This document shows, in pieces, positions 12,246-23,544 of a stretch of DNA of 64,000 nt. Origin of the DNA: Squalus acanthias (lineage: Eukaryota). Every line of letters begins with the position of its first letter. The first letter of the stretch is position 1. The translations under genes and the position numbers were made by a program. The DNA is taken from contig CM059433.1 in the NCBI GenBank assembly GCA_030390025.1, forward strand, positions 558,001-622,000, in the 5' to 3' direction. Below the pieces are notes generated by a model. That model ran no database searches. It worked only from the letters and a program-made list of their open reading frames with translations, and had not been told where the DNA came from.

Positions 12246-13586
12246 TTCCTCTATCTGCCACTTACTGAAACATGAACCAGTGTCCTCAGCATTATAAAGT
12301 TAAAATATCAGATGTTGTGCTGACAACTTATAGCTGGGGAGAACAAATAGGTCTGAGTTGACAATATTGGGGAAAATGTTAGGAGTGAGATTTATGATCA
12401 GTTTTAGAGTGGCGAAGGCTGCATAGCTATTTACAACACACATATTTAATGGTATTTAATCTAGTCGTTTCTAGAGGAACATAGATCAAAATGTTTTTAA
12501 ATTGTATTTTCAAGAGTTTAAATTAGCATTTTGATAACAAGAATTACAGGACCAATGCATCGATATATTAAGGTTTCTTGGCATGGTTCTGCTCATGCCA
12601 AAAAAGTAACTTCCGAAGTGTCATTTATAATGGCTGATACTTGACTGGTCCAGTATGCAAGACTAGCTCGATGTGTACGTGGTTGGAAGGAATCAACCTT
12701 TGTTTTTACCATTTTGAGTCACTTTCTATTTTAGCCCAATCCCTGGACAATAGTGAGCAATTGTGAACAATAAGCATCTTAATTGCTGGCCAAATTTGTG
12801 CATAGGACCTTTTACATCATTCCCCTATTCCAAAAGCATATCCATTCCAAAGCTAATAGATTAATATGCACATAACTGAATGCAAGAATATTTCCTGTCC
12901 CTGCAAATGGGCTGGAAAAACAGGAATGGAACAGAGCTTTCCAGCTTTTACCTACTGTATTACATGCCGGGGGAGTTGGGGGTGGGGGGGAAGGAAAGAC
13001 GATTAATTGGTATCCTAAATCATGAATACTTTCACTTCACTGGACACCAGTGAAACCAAGTTTCTTCTTCCTCTGTTGCTCATGTGAATTGAATTGATTT
13101 TTTTTTTAAATGACTAGGATTTTATTCTGTTTAAGGCACCAAAATAAAGTCATAAGAAAACGTAAAACCTTATTTTGTCCTCTCCCCTTCCCTCACAAAT
13201 GCATGTATGCAAGCATATTATTTGGGCAAGGCCAGATTTTCACAACATAGCTGGAGAGATGTTGGGAGATGGAAAGAGTTCTTTGCAGCAGGTCCTGCCA
13301 TTATTGTGTTCATTAGAATCTGGTTAATATTAATAGCAGTAATAAAACTGTATCATAAGGAGCTATTTGATGAAGTTGCTATATAGCAGCAAATACTGTA
13401 TCAACATAATGGTCAGCTTAGCTATCACATTGATGAGTTTTCAGAGCAGGTTCAGTTTCTGGAACAACGTGTTCTAGAAAAATGCCTTGAGACTCATTAT
13501 TGACTAGTTTATGCTGCAAAATATGCAGTATCTACTGTAATACAGACTTCTGCGATGAGGAACCTTTTGCTAACTTTTCTAATATA

Positions 13587-13669
13587 CCACATTTACTTGA
13601 ATAGAGGCTACACGTTTTAAGCACAAAAAGTCAAAGTTCAAAGTGTAGGCTATATACGAGTAAATATGG
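13587..13669. mobile_element. Small Tc1/mariner-type (Tc2/Tigger-like) MITE hairpin
   Basis: About 27-nt imperfect inverted repeats ccacatttacttgaatagaggctacac and gtgtaggctatatacgagtaaatatgg, TA on the left flank. Confidence 0.55.
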
Positions 13670-14014
13670 AACTTTAAATATGTTTTGCCTAGAAACTTGG
13701 TGAAGCTAATAATATAACTATATACAATAGACATCAGAGTAGGAATTCTGTCTGAATAAAAAGATACCGAATTTGTACATAAGCTTACTTTTCTTGTAAG
13801 AACAGTGACAGTTATTTGAGTTTTTACTGTATTTTATTACAGCATATTCCATCAATAGTTTCATTTTTTCTCATTATAAATAAAAGGCATAAATTACTGC
13901 TGGTGGTATTGTGTGTGTCTAACGTCTATCATATTTCTGTCTCTGCTGTTTTAGCTGCGGTATTAACACATTTATTCTAAAAATATGGGAGAGAAGAATT
14001 ATATCCAAGTACTT

Positions 14015-15714
14015 AGACATAGACATAGACATAGAAGATAGGAGCAGGAGTAGGCCATTCGACCCCTCGAGCCTGCTCCACCATTCGATGAGATCATGGC
14101 TGATCATCCAAACTCAGTACCCTGTACCTGCCTTCGCCCCATATCCCTTGATACCTTTAGCTTTAAGAAATATATCTAACTCATTCTTGAATATATTTAA
14201 TGACTTGGCCTCAACTACCTTCTGTGGTAGGGAATTCCACAGGTTCACCACTCTCTGGGTGAAGAAATTCTTCCTCATTTCTGTCCTAAATGGCTTACCC
14301 CTTATCCTTAGATTATGACCCCTGGTTCTGGACTCTCCGACCATCGGGAACATTCTTCCTGCATCTAGTTTGTCCAGACCTGTCAGAATTTTATATGTTT
14401 CGATGAGATCCCCTCTCATTCTTCTATACTCCAGCGAGTATAAGCCCAATCGACCCAATCTCTCCTCATATGTCATTTCTGCCATCCCAGGTATCAGCCT
14501 TGTGAATCTTCGCTGAACTCCTTCCATGGCAAGAACATCCTTCCTCAGATAAGGCGACCAAAACTGCACACAGTACTCAAGGTGTGGTCTCACCAAGGCC
14601 CTGTACAACTGCAGCAGGACATCCCTGTTCCTATACTCAAACCCTTTCGCTATGAAGGCCAACATACCATTTGCCTTCTTCACCGCCTGCTGCACCTGCA
14701 TGCTTACTTTCAGCGACTGGTGCACAAGGACACCCAGGTCTCGTTGCACTTCCCCTTCTCCCAATCTATTGCCATTCAGATAATAGTCTGCCTTTCTGTT
14801 TTTGACACCAAAGTGGATAACTTTGCATTTATCCACGTTATATTGCATCTGCCACACTTCTGCCCACTCACCCAACCTGTCCAAATCATCCTGGAGTTTC
14901 TCGGTATCCTCCTCGCAGCACACACTCCCACCCAGCTTTGTGTCGTCTGCAAACTTGGAGATATTACATTTAGTTCCCTTATCTAGATCATTAATGTATA
15001 TTGTGAATAGCTGGGGTCCAAGGACCGATCCCTGCGGTACCCCACTAGTCACTGCTTGCCACTTGGAAAAAGACCCATTCATTCCTACTCTCTGCTTTCT
15101 GTCCGCCAACCAGTTCTCTATCCAAGTCAATACCTTGCGCCCAATCCCATGTGCCTTAACTTTACACGCTAATCTCTTATGCGGGACCTTATCGAAAGCC
15201 TTTTGAAAGTGCAAATACACCACATCTACTGGTTCTCCCTTATCTATTTTCCCAGTTACATCCTCAAAAAATTCCAGTAGATTAGTCAAGCACGATTTAC
15301 CTTTCGTAAATTCATGTTGACTTTGTCCGATCCTGTCACTGTTTTTCAAGTGCTCAGCTATTACATCCTTTATAATGGACTCTAGCATTTTCCCCACTAC
15401 CGATGTCAGGCTTACCGGTCTGTAATTCCTCGCTTTCTCTCTACCACCCTTTTTGAATAGTGGGGTAACATTGGCTACCCTCCAATCCATGGGTACAGTT
15501 CCAGATTCCATCGAATGTTGGAAGATGATCAGCAATGCATCTACTATTTCTAGGGCCACTTCCTTAAGTACCCTAGGATGTAGATTATCAGGCCCTGGGG
15601 ATTTATCGGCCTTCAATCCCGTCAATTTCCCTAACACCATTTCCCTGCAAATACTGATTTCTTTCAGTTCCTCCCTTTCATCAGACCGTATGTTCTCCAA
15701 CATCTCTGGGAGGT
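14015..15714 (-). mobile_element. Young 5'-truncated CR1 LINE with uninterrupted 529-aa RT ORF (14114..15703)
   Basis: [19 protein letters not shown] and SKFADDTK motifs; (agacat)n tail; probable TSD TACTT at 14010 and 15715. Confidence 0.95.
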
Positions 15715-16054
15715 TACTTTAAGTGATCATACGGTCATATCGCCAACAGTAATTTCTGCCTTCAAGTTCAAAGTGCCTGCCAGAATACACAGTGACTTTA
15801 ATTATCAAATTTTCCATGGAATAGAAATTTGCCTCCTGCTCTCCTGCAGCAACCTGGTTATCCCGATCAGAATTTCAGCAGGTCTTATTTTAAATTGTCA
15901 TTCTGGCCAAGTTAAAATTGTTGGGAAAAGTTTTTTTTTAAATCTGTATATATGCCAACATAGCGTGGTGGTGCATGCACGGGTTTGTTCAGAAAAAACA
16001 TTTTGTTGTCTCTCTTTATTGTGTGCTGCCAGCAGAAAAATAAGTTTGTTGTAA

Positions 16055-16255
16055 AAACCCAACTGGTTCTTTAATGTCCTTCGGGGGAAGGGAGCCTGCT
16101 ACCCCTGCCTGGTCTGGCTTACAAGTGATTACAGGCTCGCACTATGTGGTTAACTCTTAATGCCTTCAGGGCCACTAGGGCTGGACAGTAAATGTGGCTT
16201 TGCATGTGTCGCCCACATCCTGAGAACAAACTAAAAAAAGGTTTTAAAAAAAAAA
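16055..16255 (+). mobile_element. SINE fragment ending in the family-2 LINE tail and poly(A)
   Basis: aactggttctttaatgtccttcgggggaagg core; gcccacatcctgagaacaaactaaaaaaa tail. Confidence 0.55.
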
Positions 16256-17944
16256 GTAAAGCAATGACCAGATTTTTTTCTTCCTCTGCTTCTAGTAATT
16301 TTCCCCTTTTCACTTCGTTCACTGACAATAGATAATCTCAGTGCTGGCATTCTGGCTGAGGGCCACAGCACACATGAGGGATTCTTAATGCCGAGTCAGG
16401 TAAATCCAACGGGCTTACATCTTAGACATAAATCTAACTTAATTGGAGCAGTGAAGAACAGATGCAGGCCAGTGGAATAGCAGCTAATACTGCAACAATA
16501 CATTGTCACCAAGCCATACGTTTCTGACTAGTCAGCTTCAGGGAGGCAGTGATGAGTGTCTGAGAGTAGGTTGTTCACCTTCTCTTTCATTCACAGATGG
16601 TGCATATTCATGGGACAGTGGATCAAGGCAAAGTAGAGCAGAAAAATGGCAGTAAGAAACCACCAATCTATCTGCTATAGATAACCTGTAACTTTGTCAC
16701 AGGAGTCATGGTTGCTTTGGTTTATACAATTTATCTCCTGTGATGTTTGTTCTCCTCTTTCCATTCTTGGTCAAGGAGAAAATAGACTCTTTCTACTGCT
16801 TACAAGAGGTGCCGCAAGCAGTTAGCATTTTTGGCCCCAGTTCACACTGCTGTTTGAGCTGGGAACCAAATGTCCACTTATTCTGGGATAATGCAAATGG
16901 CTTAATCAAACATTGTGCATGTGCAAAAGACATTATCCACAATGTCTTGGAGCATGCGCAGAAGACGTAACCTGCACTGCTTTATTGGGCGAGAGCGTTG
17001 TGCTCGTAAGTAATGCTCCAAGAAGGGTGAGAAGAGGAAATAGAATCTAGAAAGCAGAGCCTCTCACTAAAATTCCATCTAATTAAGATATTCGTGCTGA
17101 ATTTTCATCTTCCCAAAGCATATTAATCAGGATATGAAGAAACTAAACCAGGTACACAACACAATGAAGACCGGATCCATTAGAGAGCAGCATGCACCTC
17201 CTGCATCAGGATATCATCTTCATAATCATTTTTAGAATAAATTTCAAATTGTCCTTCGAATTATCTACTGGGAATTGCTTAACTCTTCATGAATCTCCTT
17301 CACTGTTGAAATCTTGTGTAGTGCAGATTTTGTGAAACACTGAGTTCTGTCTTCACAAAGTGCAGACTTGATTCTGTAGTCAGATACCATCCGCCTCATT
17401 TATAAACTTGTTTGTACTTTACAAAACCCAAATATTACAGGCTGTTCACGTTGACCTGGTCATAACGTGATTCCCACTAGGGTTTGTGGTGAGGCTTGTC
17501 TGGGAGGGTGGATAGAATTAAATCACAAATTACTGATTACCATGCAGTCAGTACAGCTTTTTATTTTTAATGAGTAGTTCTTTGTGTGCTATTAGTTTAA
17601 AACTCTGGTTCAGCCTCACAACTTGCTGCAACTGTACTGGGAATTTCAGAACAACTGTTCAATTCTAATCTGAGCAGCTTTCTAGCTAAGGGGAGAAGAT
17701 ATTGTGCAAACCCACTGCACCACCCAATCTCCTAACTATTTGGCACAGCTGTTTTTGCCATAAATCTCAACCCTACTACAGTTTTAAACGTAGAGAATGC
17801 ACTGTTTAAAGCATGCAGTTTATTTTTTTTTATTCTGATGTCCTGATACTTTAATAATTAAGTGTTTCAAACCCCTGAGCTAACTTCAATATTTTAACAG
17901 TATAGGATATTAAAGATGTCAGACCCAAGATCTTGAGAGACATA

Positions 17945-19632
17945 GGGCTGGATTTTTCCAACCTCGGCAGGTCCGTGGCGGGCAACATCCGTGGTGTGTG
18001 GGGATCTCGCATCTGTCGCGATCCCGGCCTCCAACAAGATTTTACGTTAATAGGGCTTCTTAAGCCCGCCCTGCGAGGTTCCCAGCCAATTAATAGGAAG
18101 CGGGTCTGATGACGTAATTTGATGTGTCATCAGCCGGTTTCCTTAAAGGGACCACGTCCACAATCATTTTGACAGTTGTGCTGTCAGTGTTCTACAGCAT
18201 TGAGGTGCTGCAAACACTGACAAGCACTGCACAAAGGTGCACGGCTGCACCCAGGCTTGCCCATGACTCCCTCCATATGCTTATGGAGGGAGTCACAGCG
18301 TGTAGGGAGGTTCTCTTCCCTTCCAATGGGCGGAAGACACCTCCCCAGGACACCAACACAGCCTGATTGCACAGGAGGACACGACCGGGGATGTCGTCAG
18401 GAGGACCAGGCTGCAGTGACGCAAACCTTTCAATGATCTCAGTAGATCACGAAACGTTACTGCAAAGCCACACTCAACCTCATCCTGCTGTGCCACTCAT
18501 CACATCCCCATCACTATGCCTTCCCTACCCTACTCCTGCACATCCTTACTCACACCAGCTTACCTTGCACCTCCACCCATCCCTCTCTATCTATATTATC
18601 ACTTCCCCATCTCACTAGCCACCCCTCACACTCGCCCTCATCCTAGTCCAATCATACCAACCAACAACACACAAGGGTAGGCACTTGGGTGTTTTAGCCA
18701 ATGTTCGTGTAACCTTTGTTAATGTGTTGTCAAGCATTGAATTCCTTATTGTCACCACTTTGGGTTCTTGGACAGATTTGTGTGCTCCTTTGGAAGTGGC
18801 TTAGTGAGTTGCAGTGAATGGTGAGACATAACAGTACCCCCTGCAATGGTGATGAGTGTGAAAGGAATGGCTTGGACATTGTAGGGATGCTTTATGGTGC
18901 TCGTGTGGGGTGGTGCCAACTTGGTGCATCATGTGGCAGCCAGGGTGTACAGTATTAAGTGAAGCAAATCTGGACATGGTGAGGCCATCGCTGACGTCCC
19001 GGGCAGCAATGTGCACGGGTGATGATTCCCTGTGTCCAGTGTGGCATCAGTTGATTGTGGAGAAGGTTGGTGTGGATGTTGGTGCTGCTGGTGTGTCCGG
19101 TGATGCTAGTGTTGGGCTAATTGTGTTGGGATTCTGAGGACCAAGGTCAGATTTTTTCAAGGGCACTGATGCTGATGGAATAGATGGCAGGTGAGGTTGA
19201 GATGCCAGAAATAATCTGTCAATGTTGAGAGAGGTTTTTCCAAGGAGGTGACAGTGGATAGAGAAATTACTCCAAAACTTTAAAAGTGCATAAAGCTCAA
19301 AAGTGGGTTCCAAATCATTAATGCTCCAACTTCTAAGATTGGGAAGTGACCAGCTGTGAAATGGTAGGTTTTAGACCACTTTTGCAGCTTTCACCTATTC
19401 ACAGCAATCCAGTCATTGAGAACCCGACATACTTACCTGACATGATAGCCGCTCTCCGGGAGCCTCGTTGAAAATGGTAATTACATGAGGAAAATGGTTC
19501 TTAACTACCTTTTATTTTAATAAGCTTTTAACTGTCTAAATTGGCTGACCCGCCGCTTGGTGTCAACCTTTGTGATTTTGACAGCGGACCCGCCTTCAAA
19601 CCCGCACTCTGAGCGCCGGCAAAATTCAGCCT
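17945..19632 (+). mobile_element. PIF/Harbinger-type non-autonomous transposon with Myb/SANT-like ORF remnant
   Basis: TIR GGGCTGGATTTT / AAAATTCAGCCT, 3-bp TSD ATA/ATA; remnant AAPRLAHDSLHMLMEGVTACREVLFP...Q*RKPFNDL at about 18232-18440. Confidence 0.8.
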
Positions 19633-20029
19633 ATAATGTGTGTCTGACCTTAAATCACGGTGACATCTTTTGCTGATCCTTTTATGGATCTTAAGGTCTT
19701 CCCAGTTATTAGCCTGGGAATTTTTAATGTAATTGAGAATGTCCATTCCTACCTTACTTTTCTCTCCAAACCTATGTACAGCTCTTCATATTTTCCAACT
19801 GTCCAGATTTATCTACCAGTTTTAAATTGTTATCTATCCAAATCTATTTGAAGGATTTAGCCATCACTGAGTAATGGTGGGAAGAATGAGAGATAGTTCG
19901 GCTTGAGGTGATTGAAAAGCTACATTTTAAAGACAAACAAACTGAATTGTAGGGAGTGTAATCCGAAACACTAATAAAAATCTTGAAATCCAGAGTAACA
20001 AAAGGTATTTAACTTATTCAATCACCATC

Positions 20030-20372
20030 AGTACAATACTAAGGGACTGCTGCACTGTCAGAGGTTAAGACATTAAACCGAGGCCCCATTTACCCCCTCA
20101 GGTGGACATAAAAGATTCCATGGCACTATTTCGAAGAAGAGCAGGGGAGTTTGCCCCGGTGTCCTAACCAATGTTTATCCTTCAGCCAACATCACTAAAA
20201 CATATTATCTAGTCATTATCACATTGCTGTTTGTGGGACCTTGCTGTACGCAAAATTGGCTGCCGCATTTCCTACATCACAATAGTGACTACACTTCAAA
20301 AGTACTCCATTGGCTGTAAAGCGCTTTGGGACGTCCTGAGGTCATGAAAGGCGCGATATAAATGCAAGTCTG
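20030..20372 (+). mobile_element. Deu-domain SINE
   Basis: Same core and tail as 6790-7090 and 11821-12245. Confidence 0.8.
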
Positions 20373-20703
20373 TCTGTCTTTGAAACACTGGCCTTGGTCA
20401 TGGCCCTTTATTTAGGACTTTTTTTGTGTGTTTTGAGTGGTCAACTTTCCAAAGTTTTCTCGGTTGGTATGTATGTACAAGGACTCAAATTTGAAATGAA
20501 TTGCTTGGGGTGCATTTGTAATTTGTATCCACTCCGAATCTCTATGTCAAACATGGAATACGAAATACAAGGCTCAAATGGGAGTGGCTCAATTCATAAA
20601 TTCCAACCAGCAGATTCAATGCCCAAAAATTCTTCTGGTTGGAATCCTGCCTATTCCAGATCTGCCGGCAGCAAGTAAATCTAGCAACAGCAAGAGAATG
20701 TAC

Positions 20704-21501
20704 GGGGGCGATTTTGCCAAGGGGGCCGCGTTGGAGGCGGGACTGCTGCTTGTCGGGTCGATGTCCCGCCTCCATCGATTTGTGGCCAACCCACGCTATT
20801 TTCCCTTGATTGACCTTGTTAAGCCTGCCCAGTGGGCTTAGCAGGCCAATTAAAGGAAAGCCGGTTACAGAGAACGTCAGTGTATGACGTTTCATCTGTC
20901 AAAAATTTTTGACAGATGAATTGTCATCGTTTGACAGCTCTGTGAACCTGTCAAACACTGACATTCTCTGTAGTTTGATGAGTTCTTGAATTCAAGACTC
21001 ATCAAAGCTCTTTCTTTAGCAGAAATTAGATGGTTGTTGCATTGGAGAACGCAGCAGCCATCTGTCATCTCTGCCACGGAGATGCAAGACTCTCCGCATA
21101 CCCAACTCTTGAAGCCTGCAGGAAGAAACAAAGGTAAGTAAACTTTTTCTAACACTTTCCTCACATACTCACCTCTCCACACTTGCACCCATCACTTAGC
21201 TTCACAGCGCACTTTTGCACCCCTCCAACCCCCGCAGACCCACTACTCGCCTCGGTGACCCTGGCATGGTTCGCAGCCTTCGGGAAGCCCGCACTTGTGT
21301 GGGTAAAATAGGGATAATCCTCTTATCTGCCTGTTAACAGGCAGATAAGTGGCACTAATCCCCTTCCCAAGGAGACGGGACCCAGCGCAGGTCGGCTACC
21401 CACTTCCTGGCAAGGTGGCACGGAGGCGGTTGGGCACCCACCCTCAAATTCTGCCATTTTCCCGGCAGTCCCGCCTCCCCAGGGCTAGCACGATCGCGCC
21501 C
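20704..21501 (+). mobile_element. Harbinger-type MITE (about 800 bp), same family as 35776-36594
   Basis: Imperfect TIR gggggcgattttgc / gcacgatcgcgccc, flanks TAC/TAT; colinear with 35776-36594. Confidence 0.75.
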
Positions 21502-21789
21502 TATGTGTCAAGTCCACAGCCTCTAACCGCTGCAGTCTTTGCCCCTTCCTTAAACTGGGACCCAGCAAGGACAGTGGTAAAACTGCTAAGTTTGGCATCG
21601 CCAATAACGTGCCCCACAAAGCAGCCCTTGACAAAGTTCACAAAGGGCTCATGAACTAAGACCTGACAAAACACACACCTGTCCCTACTACACAAGTTGA
21701 TAGCACGCAATATCTGGAACAGTGCTGCCCTGCCCACTCCTAAACACACAACATCTAGAGTGACTCCGTATGGCCAACCTCAGAAGGAA

Positions 21790-22075
21790 TTACATAGAAG
21801 TCACAATACATAAACAGACAGTTCGGCCCAACCAATCCAGGTTGGTATTTATCCTCCATATGAGCAGTACTCCTAATCCTGGCCTGTTTCCATATCTCTT
21901 TATCCCCCTTTCCTTCAACCCCCTATCTAACCTATTATTAAAAGTTGACATGGTTTCTGCTTCACTCACTAACTCCAGTGGTGCATTCCTGAGCCTCACA
22001 ACCCATTGTGTAAAAATGTTTCTCCCCCTGTGTCCTAAATCTATCATTTAATCTTGTATCAATGTCCCCTCGTTC
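21790..22075 (-). mobile_element. Old CR1 3' fragment
   Basis: RNIFTQWVVRLRNAP peptide (ORF 21790..22047). Confidence 0.7.
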
Positions 22076-22412
22076 AAGCCCCACTTCAGTGATGAGCACA
22101 AAATCTAGGCTGCCACTGAGGGAGTGTTGCACTATTAGAGGTGCAGTCTTTCAGATGAGACGATAGGCCGAGGTCCCGTTTGCCTTTTCAGGTGTACGTA
22201 AAAGATTCCATGGCACTATTTAAAAATAATCAGGGTAGTTCTCCTGGTGTCCAGGTCAATATTTATCCCTCAAACAACAACATGTAAAAAAAATGATCTG
22301 GTCATTTATCTCATTACTGTTTGTGGGACCTTGGCTGCCACATTTCCCTACATTACAACAGTGACTACACTTCTAAAGTTCTTCATTGGCTATTAAGTGC
22401 TTTGGGTCATGT
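22076..22412 (+). mobile_element. Deu-domain SINE, degenerate
   Basis: gagcacaaaatctaggctg...ctttcagatgagacg...atttatccctcaa. Confidence 0.7.
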
Positions 22413-23474
22413 AAGACTTTCTAGACCCGTCAATCACTGGAAACGATTTGTTTCTAGCTATTCTGTCCCATTCCTTCACAATTTTAAATACCTCTGCCAA
22501 TTGCTAATTTCCCCCACCCCCAGCCATCTTATATTTTTTGATGCCATTGTAATTCATTTGATGGCACTGTCTTGAGACCTCATACTCCCCACAGGAAGCC
22601 AGTGCTTCAAATTTGTTGGAGACAATAATTTGCTCTGAATGTTCCTGCTCTTGCTTTGCCTATCCTCTAGATAATCACTACTCCTTCCTCTGCCACTATC
22701 CGCTCCCTATCTCTCAGCAGGAGACCATCCTCTGAAGCCCACGTGTTCCCAGAACCCCCCTCCATCCTTGATGTGTCGGAGTGTCTCCAACTCTGCCTTG
22801 TATCCTGAATTCTTGAGCTCAAGTAATTTCAGTTGCGGACACTTCTGCATATGTGCCTGTCCGAGTTAACATCTGCTGCTCAAAACTCCCACATCCTGTG
22901 GGAACCACACATTATAGTCTCTTCCTGTGCTGCCATTCTTAGCCTAAATGGAAGCAGCACCCAGTGCTTCAGGTTTAATGGCACTGGTGGTAACAGCCCC
23001 ACAAAGCATGTCCATGACTGTTCATGATTTTGTTTACTATAATTTTCCTGATTTTTGATATGACTACTTCATAATTTCCCCCAAAACATACCAAAGACAG
23101 AATCACATCCTTCATTAAATACTCTCGTATTCTTTTTTTCTCAGCACTTTTAATTTTATTTTTAAAAACATGGCTGCTATAATCTGTATTTCTAATAAAA
23201 TACAAAATGATCCTGATCAATCCAATATGATTATTTGTGTTTTTTTTTAATTGGTGGTAATGTAGAAACTGTTGTACTATAAGCTCTGTTTTTGGGAAGC
23301 TGCTAGTATAAAATACTAGTTTTTGTATGAAGGATATTTAACATTAAATGTTTTAACTATAATTTTGTTTTCACGTTTTTTTAAAACAATTAACTTACAG
23401 CTACACTTATTTAATGTTCTACATTATTTAATGTTCATTTAAACTATGTGTTCCATTTTAATCAGGTTGCTGGG

Positions 23475-23544
23475 ATGGGTAATCTGCTTAAGGTCCTAAC
23501 CAGGGAGATTGAAAACTATCCACATTTTTTCCTGGATTTTGAAA
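23475..23544 (+). CDS. CYRIA: CYRIA alternative first coding exon 1a (exon starts 23466): [23 protein letters not shown]
   Basis: Acceptor ttttaatcAG ending 23465, ATG at 23475 in GGGATGG context, donor GAAA|GTAAGT at 23545, phase 1. The peptide matches the mammalian CYRI-A N-terminus as I recall it. Confidence 0.92.

Noticed and set aside
14114..15703. 529-aa ORF as a host gene or a novel reverse-transcriptase system
   Set aside because: Ordinary 5'-truncated CR1 ORF2 with microsatellite tail and TSD; no endonuclease domain or promoter; near-identical copies elsewhere in the window
23466..23544. Exon 1a or 1b as a pseudo-exon or assembly duplication
   Set aside because: The two exons differ at many synonymous sites and have unrelated flanks, and each matches a distinct known CYRI N-terminus with intact splice sites
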